A stretch of 64,000 nucleotides of DNA, taken from positions 1 through 64,000 of the IMG/VR virus record IMGVR_UViG_3300020473_000024. One strand, written 5' to 3'. The notes under the pieces were generated by a model. The model did no database searches, was not told the origin of the DNA, and saw only the letters and a list, made by a program, of their open reading frames with translations. Shown piece by piece: positions 10,353-19,836 of the stretch (the first letter of the stretch is position 1; the number at the start of each line of letters is the position of its first letter). Source of the DNA: a virus. The translations under genes were made by a program, and so were the position numbers.

Positions 10353-10706
10353 TTACAAACTATTCTGTGTTTTAAATAATTTCCACTCTCTGTCTTGTCT
10401 TTCCGACCCAAAAAAGCACAGAGCCTCTACAACTGGTTTGTTCTCTTTCTGTGTCGAGTAGGATAAACAGTTAGGGCGGTGGAGCACCACTTTTTCTTCT
10501 ACTTCTTTCTGTGTATTAACACCCATCTGCCAAAGCACTTTATAAATGAAGTCTTGAGGGAGGTTCTTAATAGCTTCCTCCGTGTCAGACTGACCATAGA
10601 AATTATATTCCTGTGCTTCTTCGCGTAAATTTTTGTTCTTTAAAATAAAGCCATACAAGTCTAAACAACTAATTGTACGAAATGATTCAAGCTCGTGAAA
10701 TGCCAT
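10353..10706 (-). CDS. hypothetical protein
   Basis: Coupled ORF in the operon. Confidence 0.6.
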   Translation of the reverse strand: MAFHELESFRTISCLDLYGFILKNKNLREEAQEYNFYGQSDTEEAIKNLPQDFIYKVLWQMGVNTQKEVEEKVVLHRPNCLSYSTQKENKPVVEALCFFGSERQDREWKLFKTQNSL

Positions 10707-11584
10707 TATTGCTCCCCCATAAATTGTTTTTCATTACCCAATTCTAATGCTTTTCGGTATTGCCAGAACGTCTCTGTTACAAAATTACCCCCTGCTGTGT
10801 AGTCATACCAGTCTTTGTCATTAACAACCTTAGCGACATGCTCTGTAGGACTAAAATGAGGTGGATCTTTTTGGTATATGCCACGTAAAGGAAGATTCAA
10901 CATACCGTAGATTTTTAATGCTTTCTCTAAACTATCATCTAGCACACGATAACTAACCTGAGCGCAACAACTGGTAGAAACTTTAATAGCTTCCTGTAAA
11001 GTATAGAAAGGATCGTCAAAATCTACATAAGGCAAGTGATACTCCCCATAACATAGCTTTCTCGGTGAGCTTTGATCAATAGCCTTCTTCATACGCTCTG
11101 CAAGCAACTTAATCTCTGGTTGTGCATCTTTATGACACCTGAGCTTGAAAAAGCTCTCAAACCCTTCTCTCGTTGCTGTAACCACCCCTTTAGTCCACAT
11201 GAATGGCTCTAATAGACGGTTAACAATTTGTTTGTGATATCCCTGTCTATGTAGGATTTCAGCTCGCAGTGCCGCATCACTAGCAGATCCTAACCATTGG
11301 TACTCCCCTTGCCCGAAATCCTTATAGTTAGGAACTTCCTCCTCTGCTTGCATCCCACGTTGGTTCTTACCCCAATGCACTGGCATAGCTGGGTTTGTCC
11401 TCACTTGCTCAATCATTTTTTCAACTGGAACAGCACGAGAACTTTGGAAATTCCTTGAAAATACCCTGTGAGTATTAAACTCTGGCAAGACAAATCGGTG
11501 TAACTCTATTTCTAAAGTAATCAGCTCCTCACCATTCGGAGCTTTACTATGACAAATAACCTTTGCACTTGGTTTATCCATCAC
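10706..11584 (-). CDS. thyX: FAD-dependent thymidylate synthase
   Basis: EFNTHRVFSRNFQSSRA motif; FF.LR....AQPEI. Confidence 0.9.
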   Translation of the reverse strand: MMDKPSAKVICHSKAPNGEELITLEIELHRFVLPEFNTHRVFSRNFQSSRAVPVEKMIEQVRTNPAMPVHWGKNQRGMQAEEEVPNYKDFGQGEYQWLGSASDAALRAEILHRQGYHKQIVNRLLEPFMWTKGVVTATREGFESFFKLRCHKDAQPEIKLLAERMKKAIDQSSPRKLCYGEYHLPYVDFDDPFYTLQEAIKVSTSCCAQVSYRVLDDSLEKALKIYGMLNLPLRGIYQKDPPHFSPTEHVAKVVNDKDWYDYTAGGNFVTETFWQYRKALELGNEKQFMGEQ

Positions 11585-11802
11585 ACCTCCCTTAGATAAT
11601 TCTTAATAGTTTCAAGCCCTGTGATGACCTTGTACTCTGTTGTTACCAAACAAGGCACACCTCTTACTCTAAACTCTTGCACTTGGTCTGGGTGCAAATC
11701 AACATCCACCAACTCAACTTCAATGTTGTGTGCTTCAATCCACTTCTTAAGTTGTTTGCATGGATTACACCAAGACGCACTAAACAGTTTAGATTTCTGC
11801 AA
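11581..11802 (-). CDS. glutaredoxin/thioredoxin-like protein
   Basis: WCNPC active site and cis-Pro GVP. Confidence 0.9.
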   Translation of the reverse strand: MQKSKLFSASWCNPCKQLKKWIEAHNIEVELVDVDLHPDQVQEFRVRGVPCLVTTEYKVITGLETIKNYLREV

Positions 11803-12388
11803 GTCTTTTCTCCTTATTTTTAATGTTTAAATGTGTTTCTAAGATTGGTTCGAGCTTAGGCTCTAGGTAAGTAAATGGCTTCTTGACTTTGTTATTCTCA
11901 TCAAGAAAAACAAGATAGTCTCCTAGCACAACACCTCTTACATCCATTCCACATTCTCGACCAATACGCTCTTCTTCTGTTGCAATCATCTGGTATAGAG
12001 AGCTTTCGTCATGCTTGTATGGAGCACGATTGATATTAACAAACTTAGTGTAGTTGCTCTCAATAACTTCCATAATAGCCTCAGTAATAACAGCGTGTCC
12101 CAGACTTCGGATACCGCTATTAACTAAAGATACTGCTTTTTGGCAAAGATTGTTGTCGGGATCAAGATGCTCTAGGTAAGCCGCAGTGAAAAAGATATCT
12201 GCAAAAGCGTCCAGCACCTCTAAGATATCTTCATCTTCAATAGCTTGGTGAAGCTCTTTAATTTCTTCTTTTACAATTTTTTCTTGGTCTTCGATAGAAG
12301 GGGGCGCACTTCGCGCAATTTGATTCCACTCCACTACTTGCCGAGAAGAATCGGGGAAAAGGATTTGGAAATTAATATTTCCTTGCAT
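11789..12388 (-). CDS. MazG-like NTP pyrophosphohydrolase
   Basis: EEIKEL...EVLDAFAD, SNYTK, KVKK. Confidence 0.8.
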   Translation of the reverse strand: MQGNINFQILFPDSSRQVVEWNQIARSAPPSIEDQEKIVKEEIKELHQAIEDEDILEVLDAFADIFFTAAYLEHLDPDNNLCQKAVSLVNSGIRSLGHAVITEAIMEVIESNYTKFVNINRAPYKHDESSLYQMIATEEERIGRECGMDVRGVVLGDYLVFLDENNKVKKPFTYLEPKLEPILETHLNIKNKEKRLAEI

Positions 12389-12400
12389 ACTACCTCCAGA

Positions 12401-12895
12401 TTATAATTTATACCAAACAAGGTTGAACTCATAAGATTCTACGATAGACTCTGTAATCATCCTCACCTCTTCCCAAACACCACCAGCTCTATCAGAGCCG
12501 ATTTTATATGGGAATCCTAGTGTGACATAAGAAGCACTTCCACGTTCTAGTAGGATGCGGTCTAAAGCCGCAGTTAAAGCTGAGACATAAGCTCCGTAGT
12601 GTAGTTGCCGACCATTCTGTTTAAACCACTCACCGTATATTCCATAGTATTCTTGCCCGTATAGGTTAAATACACCCGATCTTAGATATAGAGGTGCAAA
12701 ACTGAAAGTGCCAAGAGTATCTCCTTTTAAGGCTTTGTCCCACACTGTATCAGCTTCATAAGCTTCGGGAATACGTTCCCTCACTTCCTTTGCAATACCA
12801 CTACCAAAGTTGTTCTGGCAGTTGCAACAATGAAACATATAATCAACGTCACCATTCAAGAAAGCGTCTATTAAATTACCTTGAATTATTTTCAT
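12401..12895 (-). CDS. macrodomain protein (ADP-ribose processing)
   Basis: GNL...HCCNCQNNFGSGIA and PYKIGSDRAGG; start moved to ATG 12895 after GGAGG. Confidence 0.85.
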   Translation of the reverse strand: MKIIQGNLIDAFLNGDVDYMFHCCNCQNNFGSGIAKEVRERIPEAYEADTVWDKALKGDTLGTFSFAPLYLRSGVFNLYGQEYYGIYGEWFKQNGRQLHYGAYVSALTAALDRILLERGSASYVTLGFPYKIGSDRAGGVWEEVRMITESIVESYEFNLVWYKL

Positions 12896-12917
12896 ACTGC
12901 CTCCAAAGACGTATATA

Positions 12918-12946
12918 ATTATAGCATAAAGGGAGGGAGCTGTCAA
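12918..12946 (-). promoter_or_regulatory. sigma70-type promoter
   Basis: TTGACA-17-TATAAT with extended TG. Confidence 0.85.
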
Positions 12947-12969
12947 GCTCCTCTCCTATTTCTTTAAGA

Positions 12970-14172
12970 TTATTCGTAGACAGTGATTGTCTTCTGTTGA
13001 GGAATTACTTCACGTAGGGTGTCTAAGATATAATCATACTCATGTCCGTGATAGCTGTAATAGCTGTATTCAGCGCGATAGATTTTATCACCTAAACGGA
13101 ATACACCGTAACAATACTCAGATCCACCTTCACCGCCACCTTCTTGCTCTAAGTGTTCATAACCACCTAGTTGTTCAAAGATCTCTTCCTCCTTTTGTCG
13201 TTTAGCATCCCAATAAGTATTGACTTCTTTGAGATAGTTAGGATCATCATAAGGGCGTCCACCCCGATCAGGGTATTTTAAACCCACTGAGTCGTCACTA
13301 GCGTCTAAACTGTCTCCCTCACACAATGAGTAAACTAGATCCTTCAAACCATCTCCCATCTCACTTTGGAGACCTAGCTCTAGTGCTTTCTCAAAAGGTG
13401 CTAAATCAACTTTGTTTGACATATTAAATTCCTCCATAATATTTTTAAAATAACTATATTCGGGCTTAATAAAATGTTCTAAGTTAAGAACGATAAACGA
13501 AGTAGCCCATCCCTTCGTCAAACTGGTAATGGTTTTCCGTAGAGACCACTGCCAAGCCCTCCACCAACAAATCTTGCCTTTGCTTGGTATCACCCAGCGC
13601 TCCATAGCAATCACTGTCATCTCCTCTCGGAACATCCTCACTTGTTGCTCAAAAGGAAGAGAATTAAATTTCTCTTTATCAACAAGAACATCTTCACCAT
13701 CCTTGAGTATCTTAGAGTACACTGGATCGTTAGGATATGAAACCACACTATGAAGCCAATCGTGGTCGTAAACGTAGGTTACGTTATCTGTAAAGAAATC
13801 CTCTTTGTTCTGCGACAGAGATAGGAAGTCTTTGTTCCCCAACTCTCCTCTCCAGTGCTGTACCAGAGCATCATATAAAGCTGGTATCAGCTTACAGCCT
13901 TTGCTCTGCATGAGAAGAGCATCTTGCTTGTGTTTCTCCCAAGCATGGTTATCCCAACCCGAGTGAGATAGTTTGATCGTGTAGAGAACATCAGGAGGTG
14001 CGTACCCATCAATATCAGGGATAAGTCTCATAACCTCATTAGGCAGGATATGTACATCTTCTCCATCTCCTTTCATGTAAATAGAGTTTTCTCCATGCCA
14101 CAAATCGAGGTCATTAGGATCACGCCAATCATCCCACCAGTATTTAGCCGCTGTGCTCCCTACAATAATCAT
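12970..14172 (-). CDS. putative nucleotidyltransferase-fold protein fused to an acidic domain
   Basis: N-terminal IVGS...D.D.D; internal in-frame ATG with RBS at 13422. Confidence 0.55.
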   Translation of the reverse strand: MIIVGSTAAKYWWDDWRDPNDLDLWHGENSIYMKGDGEDVHILPNEVMRLIPDIDGYAPPDVLYTIKLSHSGWDNHAWEKHKQDALLMQSKGCKLIPALYDALVQHWRGELGNKDFLSLSQNKEDFFTDNVTYVYDHDWLHSVVSYPNDPVYSKILKDGEDVLVDKEKFNSLPFEQQVRMFREEMTVIAMERWVIPSKGKICWWRAWQWSLRKTITSLTKGWATSFIVLNLEHFIKPEYSYFKNIMEEFNMSNKVDLAPFEKALELGLQSEMGDGLKDLVYSLCEGDSLDASDDSVGLKYPDRGGRPYDDPNYLKEVNTYWDAKRQKEEEIFEQLGGYEHLEQEGGGEGGSEYCYGVFRLGDKIYRAEYSYYSYHGHEYDYILDTLREVIPQQKTITVYE

Positions 14173-14465
14173 ACTGGGTCGTACACCATAACTTTTTTAG
14201 TGGTAGGTCTAACTTCCTTAACAGATCTTAGGTTTTTAGAAATACTATAGCTGTCGTATTCCCACACAACTTTATATGTTTTACCATCTGCTTCAAAAAC
14301 ACCCCACTCTAACTCCGTCCCTTCAATATGCCCTTTATCGAGGTGGTGGTAGTTCTCGATTGAATCCAACCACCAAGGTGACTCGCCCTCAGCCATACTG
14401 ATTAAAGTGGTGTCTATACGCTTACCACTATTTAAAGTTTCAATTAAAATATCTACAGTACCCAT
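14169..14465 (-). CDS. hypothetical protein, paralog of the C-terminal domain of 12970-14172
   Basis: Shared GVF...K.Y....Y.SY....EV.P..K...VY pattern. Confidence 0.65.
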   Translation of the reverse strand: MGTVDILIETLNSGKRIDTTLISMAEGESPWWLDSIENYHHLDKGHIEGTELEWGVFEADGKTYKVVWEYDSYSISKNLRSVKEVRPTTKKVMVYDPV

Positions 14466-15103
14466 TCAACTACCTCCTTTCTGACTTTACTTAAGTATTC
14501 TTCTAATGTTACATCATCACCGTTCCAAATGTCAACTGTGTTTTGTAACAAACCATCTGGAAGGATCACCCGACTATCGATATCACCGTCACTACGCCCT
14601 AGTATCCGAATACCAAGTATATTTTCTTGCCCTAATTTATCAATAGCTGGGATAAGCTCTTCTACAAACCCAAAACTCCCGTCTAGGTACAATCCTCCTT
14701 CCTCTAGTTTGTGTGCTCTACGTAATCCAAAAACATCTTGTCCAAACATAGGTTTCATAACTAACTCTGAGGTGTAAATAATAGCCTCTCTTATAGTGAG
14801 AGGAAAGAAACCTTTCTGGACAGTAGCTCCTTGGTATTTTAAAACCCCAAGAAACTCTCTTAGTCGTGTCGCCTCTTGGTCTGTGATGTTAAATAAAGTG
14901 TTTGGAGTGCTCTTCCTAGATCTGTCTGAATAAATTTTCCAGTAAGTCTGTTCATCTACACCAAACAGAGCCATTGTAGCGGTGTGCAAGCTCTCCTTAC
15001 ATTCTGCTCTTTTGAAAGATAGCACAGTGAGTAGGTGGTCTATAGCTGTGTCTTTACCACAACCCTGTGCTCCTGAGAACACAATTAGCAGTGGATTAGT
15101 CAT
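14453..15103 (-). CDS. deoxynucleoside monophosphate kinase
   Basis: GAQGCGKDT P-loop; RE.....SE..MKP.FG.D.FG. Confidence 0.75.
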   Translation of the reverse strand: MTNPLLIVFSGAQGCGKDTAIDHLLTVLSFKRAECKESLHTATMALFGVDEQTYWKIYSDRSRKSTPNTLFNITDQEATRLREFLGVLKYQGATVQKGFFPLTIREAIIYTSELVMKPMFGQDVFGLRRAHKLEEGGLYLDGSFGFVEELIPAIDKLGQENILGIRILGRSDGDIDSRVILPDGLLQNTVDIWNGDDVTLEEYLSKVRKEVVEWVL

Positions 15104-15296
15104 CCTTCTCCTCCAGCTTCATTAGGATATCATTACCAATAAAACTTAACCAAGTAAGAGTAATAGCAACTGCCCTATATTCGTCTTCTGGGAACAACCA
15201 AAATAAAGTTAGGAAAAACAATCCCCACCAAAAGTATTTAGTTTGTTTAGCGACCCGCTCTCCAAATAACTTCAAAAATAGCTTAAACTTATCCAT
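15096..15296 (-). CDS. small membrane protein
   Basis: Two hydrophobic segments; RBS. Confidence 0.55.
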   Translation of the reverse strand: MDKFKLFLKLFGERVAKQTKYFWWGLFFLTLFWLFPEDEYRAVAITLTWLSFIGNDILMKLEEKDD

Positions 15297-15487
15297 AAAT
15301 ATTCTCCTTTAGTTTTTGTAATGCTGTCCCATCATACTCCCCATCATTCCAGTATTGGAGGAAATAATATTCAGCTTCCCGTCTCACTTGGTGTAACTTC
15401 CCAGCCATGTAGCAAAGACACGGTAGTAGGTATCCTCCTCATCAGAGATCTTTAACAACTCGTACATATCTGGTTTATATTCTGACA

Positions 15488-15763
15488 TTACTCCTCCAAC
15501 AATTTATTTCTTTCTATATCATTTAAAGATAGGTATTGATCTGGTGTAATACCATACCACTCACATACTCGGTTTGCAAGGCTATACCCAGCATACCTTT
15601 CTTTAATAAACACTCCTTCTTTAATCACCACATCAGATAATAACATAAGGGGATTAGATCTTACTTGACCTTCCTCTAGTGCTTTTTGTAGAAAAATCAG
15701 TTCACGATATAAATAGGTAGTAGTTCCTACAGTTAACTTTACGTGGTCTTGATAGTAGTTCAT
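15488..15763 (-). CDS. hypothetical protein
   Basis: ORF in the operon. Confidence 0.55.
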   Translation of the reverse strand: MNYYQDHVKLTVGTTTYLYRELIFLQKALEEGQVRSNPLMLLSDVVIKEGVFIKERYAGYSLANRVCEWYGITPDQYLSLNDIERNKLLEE

Positions 15764-15767
15764 TATA

Positions 15768-16277
15768 TCACTCTATAGTTAATTTAACTAGACCCTCAGA
15801 AAAAGCTAGGAAGAGGAGATCATATTGTTTCCGATATTTAGCAATCCTCCGACTATCTCCATTAACCATACTAAAACTTAAGTTTGAGATTGTGTCTGCT
15901 AGCTTAACTACAAGAGCTTTTTGGTCTGTTTTAATACGTTCAATGTACTCATTATAATCATACCCTTCTTCTTTTGTCACTAGTTGTACACTGGTTATAA
16001 CATCTTCTTCAAAACCTTTTGCTCGAAGAATATCCTCAGTGATATAAGTATCCTCAAGAATATCGTGAAGCCAAGCCACCTGTAGCATTTTAAATAGAGG
16101 TGTGGGGTCATAAGCAATAGAATCACTAAAGTGTTGATCAACCAATCGTTGAACAGTGCAGGCTACATCCGCTAGATGTTCCCCATACTCTAAGTTGCCA
16201 TACTCCTGACCTTGATGGGCTTCTAAAGCCAGCTCTTCAGCCATCTCTAAAGCTATGATTTCCTGTGCTAAATTCAT
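15768..16277 (-). CDS. HD-domain hydrolase, RelA/SpoT-hydrolase (Mesh1/SAH)-like
   Basis: AH.GQ.Y...Y..HL..V, AWLHDILEDT, VKLAD..SN. Confidence 0.8.
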   Translation of the reverse strand: MNLAQEIIALEMAEELALEAHQGQEYGNLEYGEHLADVACTVQRLVDQHFSDSIAYDPTPLFKMLQVAWLHDILEDTYITEDILRAKGFEEDVITSVQLVTKEEGYDYNEYIERIKTDQKALVVKLADTISNLSFSMVNGDSRRIAKYRKQYDLLFLAFSEGLVKLTIE

Positions 16278-16278
16278 A

Positions 16279-16599
16279 CTATCCCTCCATATCATTGTTA
16301 ATTAAACACCCATCGTACATATCTCCTAACTTTTTAGCACAAGGGATTGTCTCTGGGCTATCATCGATCCAAACATCAGCATCCCAGAAGTTCTCTTTTT
16401 GCTTACCACCTGTAAAAATGACATCAATCTTTAGGCTCTCTGCATCCAAAAGGATATCATCATTATACCCATCATTACGATCAGGGCGGTAAGTAACAAA
16501 CTTCACCGAATGCCCTCTATATTCACAGGCTGAGATAAACATCTTCCAAAGCTCTGGATCAGCTGTGAAGGTCTCATCGTAGTCTAGAGCTATCTTCAT
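16279..16599 (-). CDS. HAD-superfamily phosphatase-like protein
   Basis: IALDYDET, VTYR, K and WIDD motifs. Confidence 0.75.
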   Translation of the reverse strand: MKIALDYDETFTADPELWKMFISACEYRGHSVKFVTYRPDRNDGYNDDILLDAESLKIDVIFTGGKQKENFWDADVWIDDSPETIPCAKKLGDMYDGCLINNDMEG

Positions 16600-16601
16600 A
16601 A

Positions 16602-16871
16602 CTACTCCTTGTCCAAATATTTCTCAGGGATAGCCACCATAACACAATTCTGATCACGAGGCAACTCTTTCTGACACTCTTCAATCGTAGGTGCTGTCTT
16701 ATTAATAAGCTGATCCTTACCTAGGTCGTAGTTCCCTGCTCCAAAACCTAGCATACCCCCGAAAACAAGCATAAGACCTAATATGAAAGTAGTTCCATTA
16801 TCCTCTACAGCAGAGACAAATAGAAAGAATAGTCCAATAACAATAACTGCGATACCAAAAACAACTAGCAT
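16602..16871 (-). CDS. membrane protein
   Basis: Two TM helices. Confidence 0.6.
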   Translation of the reverse strand: MLVVFGIAVIVIGLFFLFVSAVEDNGTTFILGLMLVFGGMLGFGAGNYDLGKDQLINKTAPTIEECQKELPRDQNCVMVAIPEKYLDKE

Positions 16872-16882
16872 AGTAATCCTCC

Positions 16883-17113
16883 TTAACTAAAAGATTTTTC
16901 AATAATTCTAATCCGATCCTCTTCTTCCATAACATTAGAAAACGAGTCTGGTTTCTGTTTTGGAGTGGACATAAATTCTGTAATGCTACTGTATTTCATA
17001 CAATCTTCCCGTAGCTCTGTCAGGCAGTGGTTACAGATATAGCCGTGTTCACTTGAGTGGTGATCACACATAATATTTTCACAATCTTTTCTAAAGCATT
17101 CTTTAACAGCCAT
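16883..17113 (-). CDS. Cys/His-rich hypothetical protein
   Basis: C-x4-C-x4-C...C-x2-C. Confidence 0.55.
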   Translation of the reverse strand: MAVKECFRKDCENIMCDHHSSEHGYICNHCLTELREDCMKYSSITEFMSTPKQKPDSFSNVMEEEDRIRIIEKSFS

Positions 17114-17114
17114 A

Positions 17115-17372
17115 TCAACTCTCCTCTTTAACCACTTTTAATTTTCCACATTTAGCGCACTTATACACTATAACATGTTTTTGAACTAAATCAAAACCAT
17201 TCCATCCGTTAGGTCGGATACCTAGCTGTCTCATCTGCTCTAATCGGGATGGGACGACTACGTGTTTATCTAACTTCCATGCATGCCTACACTTCTCTAG
17301 GTAGTAGACGATGCCCCACCCAATAACTGCTACAAGAATGAAATATACAACCAACAATAAAATAAAATCCAT
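17115..17372 (-). CDS. membrane-anchored Zn-ribbon protein
   Basis: N-terminal TM, C.H.W...C.KCG; start after GGAGG. Confidence 0.55.
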   Translation of the reverse strand: MDFILLLVVYFILVAVIGWGIVYYLEKCRHAWKLDKHVVVPSRLEQMRQLGIRPNGWNGFDLVQKHVIVYKCAKCGKLKVVKEES

Positions 17373-17381
17373 ACCCCCTCC

Positions 17382-17448
17382 AGACAATAAAAAAGCTGTG
17401 TACCAAATCAATGATACACAGCTTAATAGCTTATCTTGCGTTTGTCAA
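17382..17448 (-). promoter_or_regulatory. composite promoter/terminator
   Basis: TTGACA-17-TAAGCT with the -10 at the 5' arm of hairpin AGCTGTGTATC...GGTACACAGCTTTTTT. Confidence 0.65.
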
Positions 17449-17470
17449 GAAAAATCCTAGGTGTTTCTTA

Positions 17471-18433
17471 CTACTGCACATTCATCAGTAAGCTCTCTCG
17501 CTTCTCCTTTGTGAACCTATTTTTACGTGCTCTGTTATGTTTCCCACAATCCTGACATTGATATACATCAAACTCACTGACAGAGGTGTATGCTTTCTTA
17601 TCTGTTTCAACAAGACGCGGAGATCCACAGCAAACACAGCGAACATCTTGGTCTTTGTAGTATAGAGCCGCATTAGGATGGCGTCTATCATAAGCGCGTA
17701 ACTTCAAATATACAGCCTCCAACACTTCCACATCAACCACATTGTAATCGATCATTAGTTGCCACGCTTCCATATCCCCATCATAACAATCACGCCACAT
17801 CTTAGCTCCTGTGTGCGGTAGTTTCTGACCCACTTCTAAATAACGAGCAATAGTCTCTAGGCGGTTAGTCGGGAAACGGAAGTTAGCCTTAGCAATATTT
17901 AATGTGTCAATAAGTTTGGTCGGGGAGATTGGATCTAATCCGTGATATACAAACCGAGTATTAGCTGTCTTCCAATCAAATTTAATGTTGTGAGCAATAG
18001 CCCAATCACACTCGGATAGTAGTTTGTGCAGGTCTAGGCACAGCTGATAGTCGTCATAAGGATCTTCCTTGTAGCTGTCATAATGAGGTAAGCCGACACT
18101 GCTAATAGCATCTCCATTCAACCATTTAGCTGAATAAGACATAATAAAACTATTACGATATACAAAATCTTCTTGTATATTCTGTTTATACCTCCCGAAA
18201 CCCATATATAGTTCTGGAGCTGTCTCTAGGTCAAACAAAAGGATCTTAGCTCCTTCTTGTTGTTCCTCTACAGATTGTATAATATCTTCAGATAAATTAC
18301 CATGCTCCCGATAATATTTTAATACATCGTTAACTTGTGTTTTACCCATATTTAAAATGTCTGCAATCTGACGTCCAGACATCCCTTGATCACTCAAGCT
18401 GAGTGCCTTACTGTGCCAATCTTTATATCTCAT
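17471..18433 (-). CDS. DnaQ/RNase H-like 3'-5' exonuclease with N-terminal HTH and C-terminal Zn ribbon
   Basis: DLETAP, HN..FD, YN..DV, CxxC...CxxC. Confidence 0.8.
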   Translation of the reverse strand: MRYKDWHSKALSLSDQGMSGRQIADILNMGKTQVNDVLKYYREHGNLSEDIIQSVEEQQEGAKILLFDLETAPELYMGFGRYKQNIQEDFVYRNSFIMSYSAKWLNGDAISSVGLPHYDSYKEDPYDDYQLCLDLHKLLSECDWAIAHNIKFDWKTANTRFVYHGLDPISPTKLIDTLNIAKANFRFPTNRLETIARYLEVGQKLPHTGAKMWRDCYDGDMEAWQLMIDYNVVDVEVLEAVYLKLRAYDRRHPNAALYYKDQDVRCVCCGSPRLVETDKKAYTSVSEFDVYQCQDCGKHNRARKNRFTKEKRESLLMNVQ

Positions 18434-18678
18434 TACTTCTCCATCTTAACTGTTTCACCACAGAACACAATAGTAGATCCAGCATTCTCAGGTACTTTTA
18501 TACGAAGCTGATTACCAGCTGTATTACCCATCTGATTCCAGTGTTTATTCAAAAAACCACACTTACTAAGGCGCTCTTCCCTTGTCCACTGATTAAGCTC
18601 CTCTGTGGATTTGCACTCCTTGTAGCCCATCCCCATCTGGTATTTTAGTGCTCCTGCGCTTAACTTATCTTTGTGCAT
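18433..18678 (-). CDS. hypothetical protein
   Basis: Coupled ORF. Confidence 0.5.
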   Translation of the reverse strand: MHKDKLSAGALKYQMGMGYKECKSTEELNQWTREERLSKCGFLNKHWNQMGNTAGNQLRIKVPENAGSTIVFCGETVKMEK

Positions 18679-18682
18679 ACTC

Positions 18683-19285
18683 TCAACTATCTCCTAGTAA
18701 CTTCTTATAACAATCCCTTCGCTTGTCTTTATTAGAGATTTCATCTTCTTTAAAGCCAGCTCCTAACAGTTCCTCTTTTTGTTTTTTCACAGGCTGGTTG
18801 GTTTTGGCAATAACCTCTTTATCCAACTTAGCTTCTTCGAAAGAGAGTCCTGTCCTCTGGCTGTGTGTAATTATTGTGTGGCATCCTTTACACACAAGCT
18901 GTAGGTCTTCTTTTTCACAGGCTAAGAGTCTGATTACAAAACCTTCGATATCCTCAAAGTCTCGGAGGCTACCAGCCTCTATCTTATGATCTACTTGGAT
19001 ATCTTTCATGGGGAATGTATTACCACACACTTCACAGTCAGCTCCCCATATTTCTCTTTTACCTTTTTTAGCAGGGTTTTTTATCTTTCTTCTATTCTCC
19101 TTTAAGAACTCGATCTTGACAGGAGATTTGTTCCAACCTCTTCTTAACAACCCCCTGAGCCAAGTAAACCAAGCTGTCTTATTCTTCCATATATCGGGAA
19201 AACTAAGCCAAGGGGTTGGATAATTATTATCACTCAATAGCATCTCCTTCTGTGGATAAATGGACAGTAAAATCAATGGATTCAA
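18683..19285 (-). CDS. HNH endonuclease
   Basis: CEVC...VDH...LQLVCKGCH. Confidence 0.8.
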   Translation of the reverse strand: MNPLILLSIYPQKEMLLSDNNYPTPWLSFPDIWKNKTAWFTWLRGLLRRGWNKSPVKIEFLKENRRKIKNPAKKGKREIWGADCEVCGNTFPMKDIQVDHKIEAGSLRDFEDIEGFVIRLLACEKEDLQLVCKGCHTIITHSQRTGLSFEEAKLDKEVIAKTNQPVKKQKEELLGAGFKEDEISNKDKRRDCYKKLLGDS

Positions 19286-19392
19286 TATCTCCTTCTAACT
19301 CTACTACTAAATGACCTTCTTGGTTTAGCCATAAATCAGAAGCTTTAAATCCCCTTGCTCTAAGATACTTCAACAGCCAAGGGACTCTAACC

Positions 19393-19836
19393 TTATCTTC
19401 CTTCATTCCTTATCTCCTCTCTGATCTGCATTATCAGTTTACCGAGATGGTTTTCTCCTTCACCTGTCCTAAGACAAACACCCCAGTAAATATCCCGCCA
19501 CCAATTACCCTCCTGTATATATTGGTCGCCCGTAGAAATAAGTTTATTCCTTAGAGAGGGGTTTAAAGGGGAGAACTTATAGCGTAACCCATACAACATA
19601 ACATCCTGTTTTATATCCTCCCAATCTTCCCTTAAAGTCAGACTTCTTCCATAAGACTTAAGACCTTTCAAGGGATGCAAACAAACCCCTACTCTTTCAG
19701 AATGATCTTTGGTTTTCATAGCCACATAGAAGTGCTCATTCGTAGGGAAAGAAAGACCTCCTGAAAATTTTAAAGGTCTTTCAAACAAAGCGAAGTTACT
19801 GAGCCAGTTATATTCGTCTCTAAACGTCTCTATCAT
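19393..19836 (-). CDS. NADAR (YbiA/DUF1768) family protein
   Basis: WLSNF, TNEHFY.A.K, DWE..K..VM...L..KF, D.YWG, G.N.LG..IM..R; start moved to 19836. Confidence 0.9.
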   Translation of the reverse strand: MIETFRDEYNWLSNFALFERPLKFSGGLSFPTNEHFYVAMKTKDHSERVGVCLHPLKGLKSYGRSLTLREDWEDIKQDVMLYGLRYKFSPLNPSLRNKLISTGDQYIQEGNWWRDIYWGVCLRTGEGENHLGKLIMQIREEIRNEGR

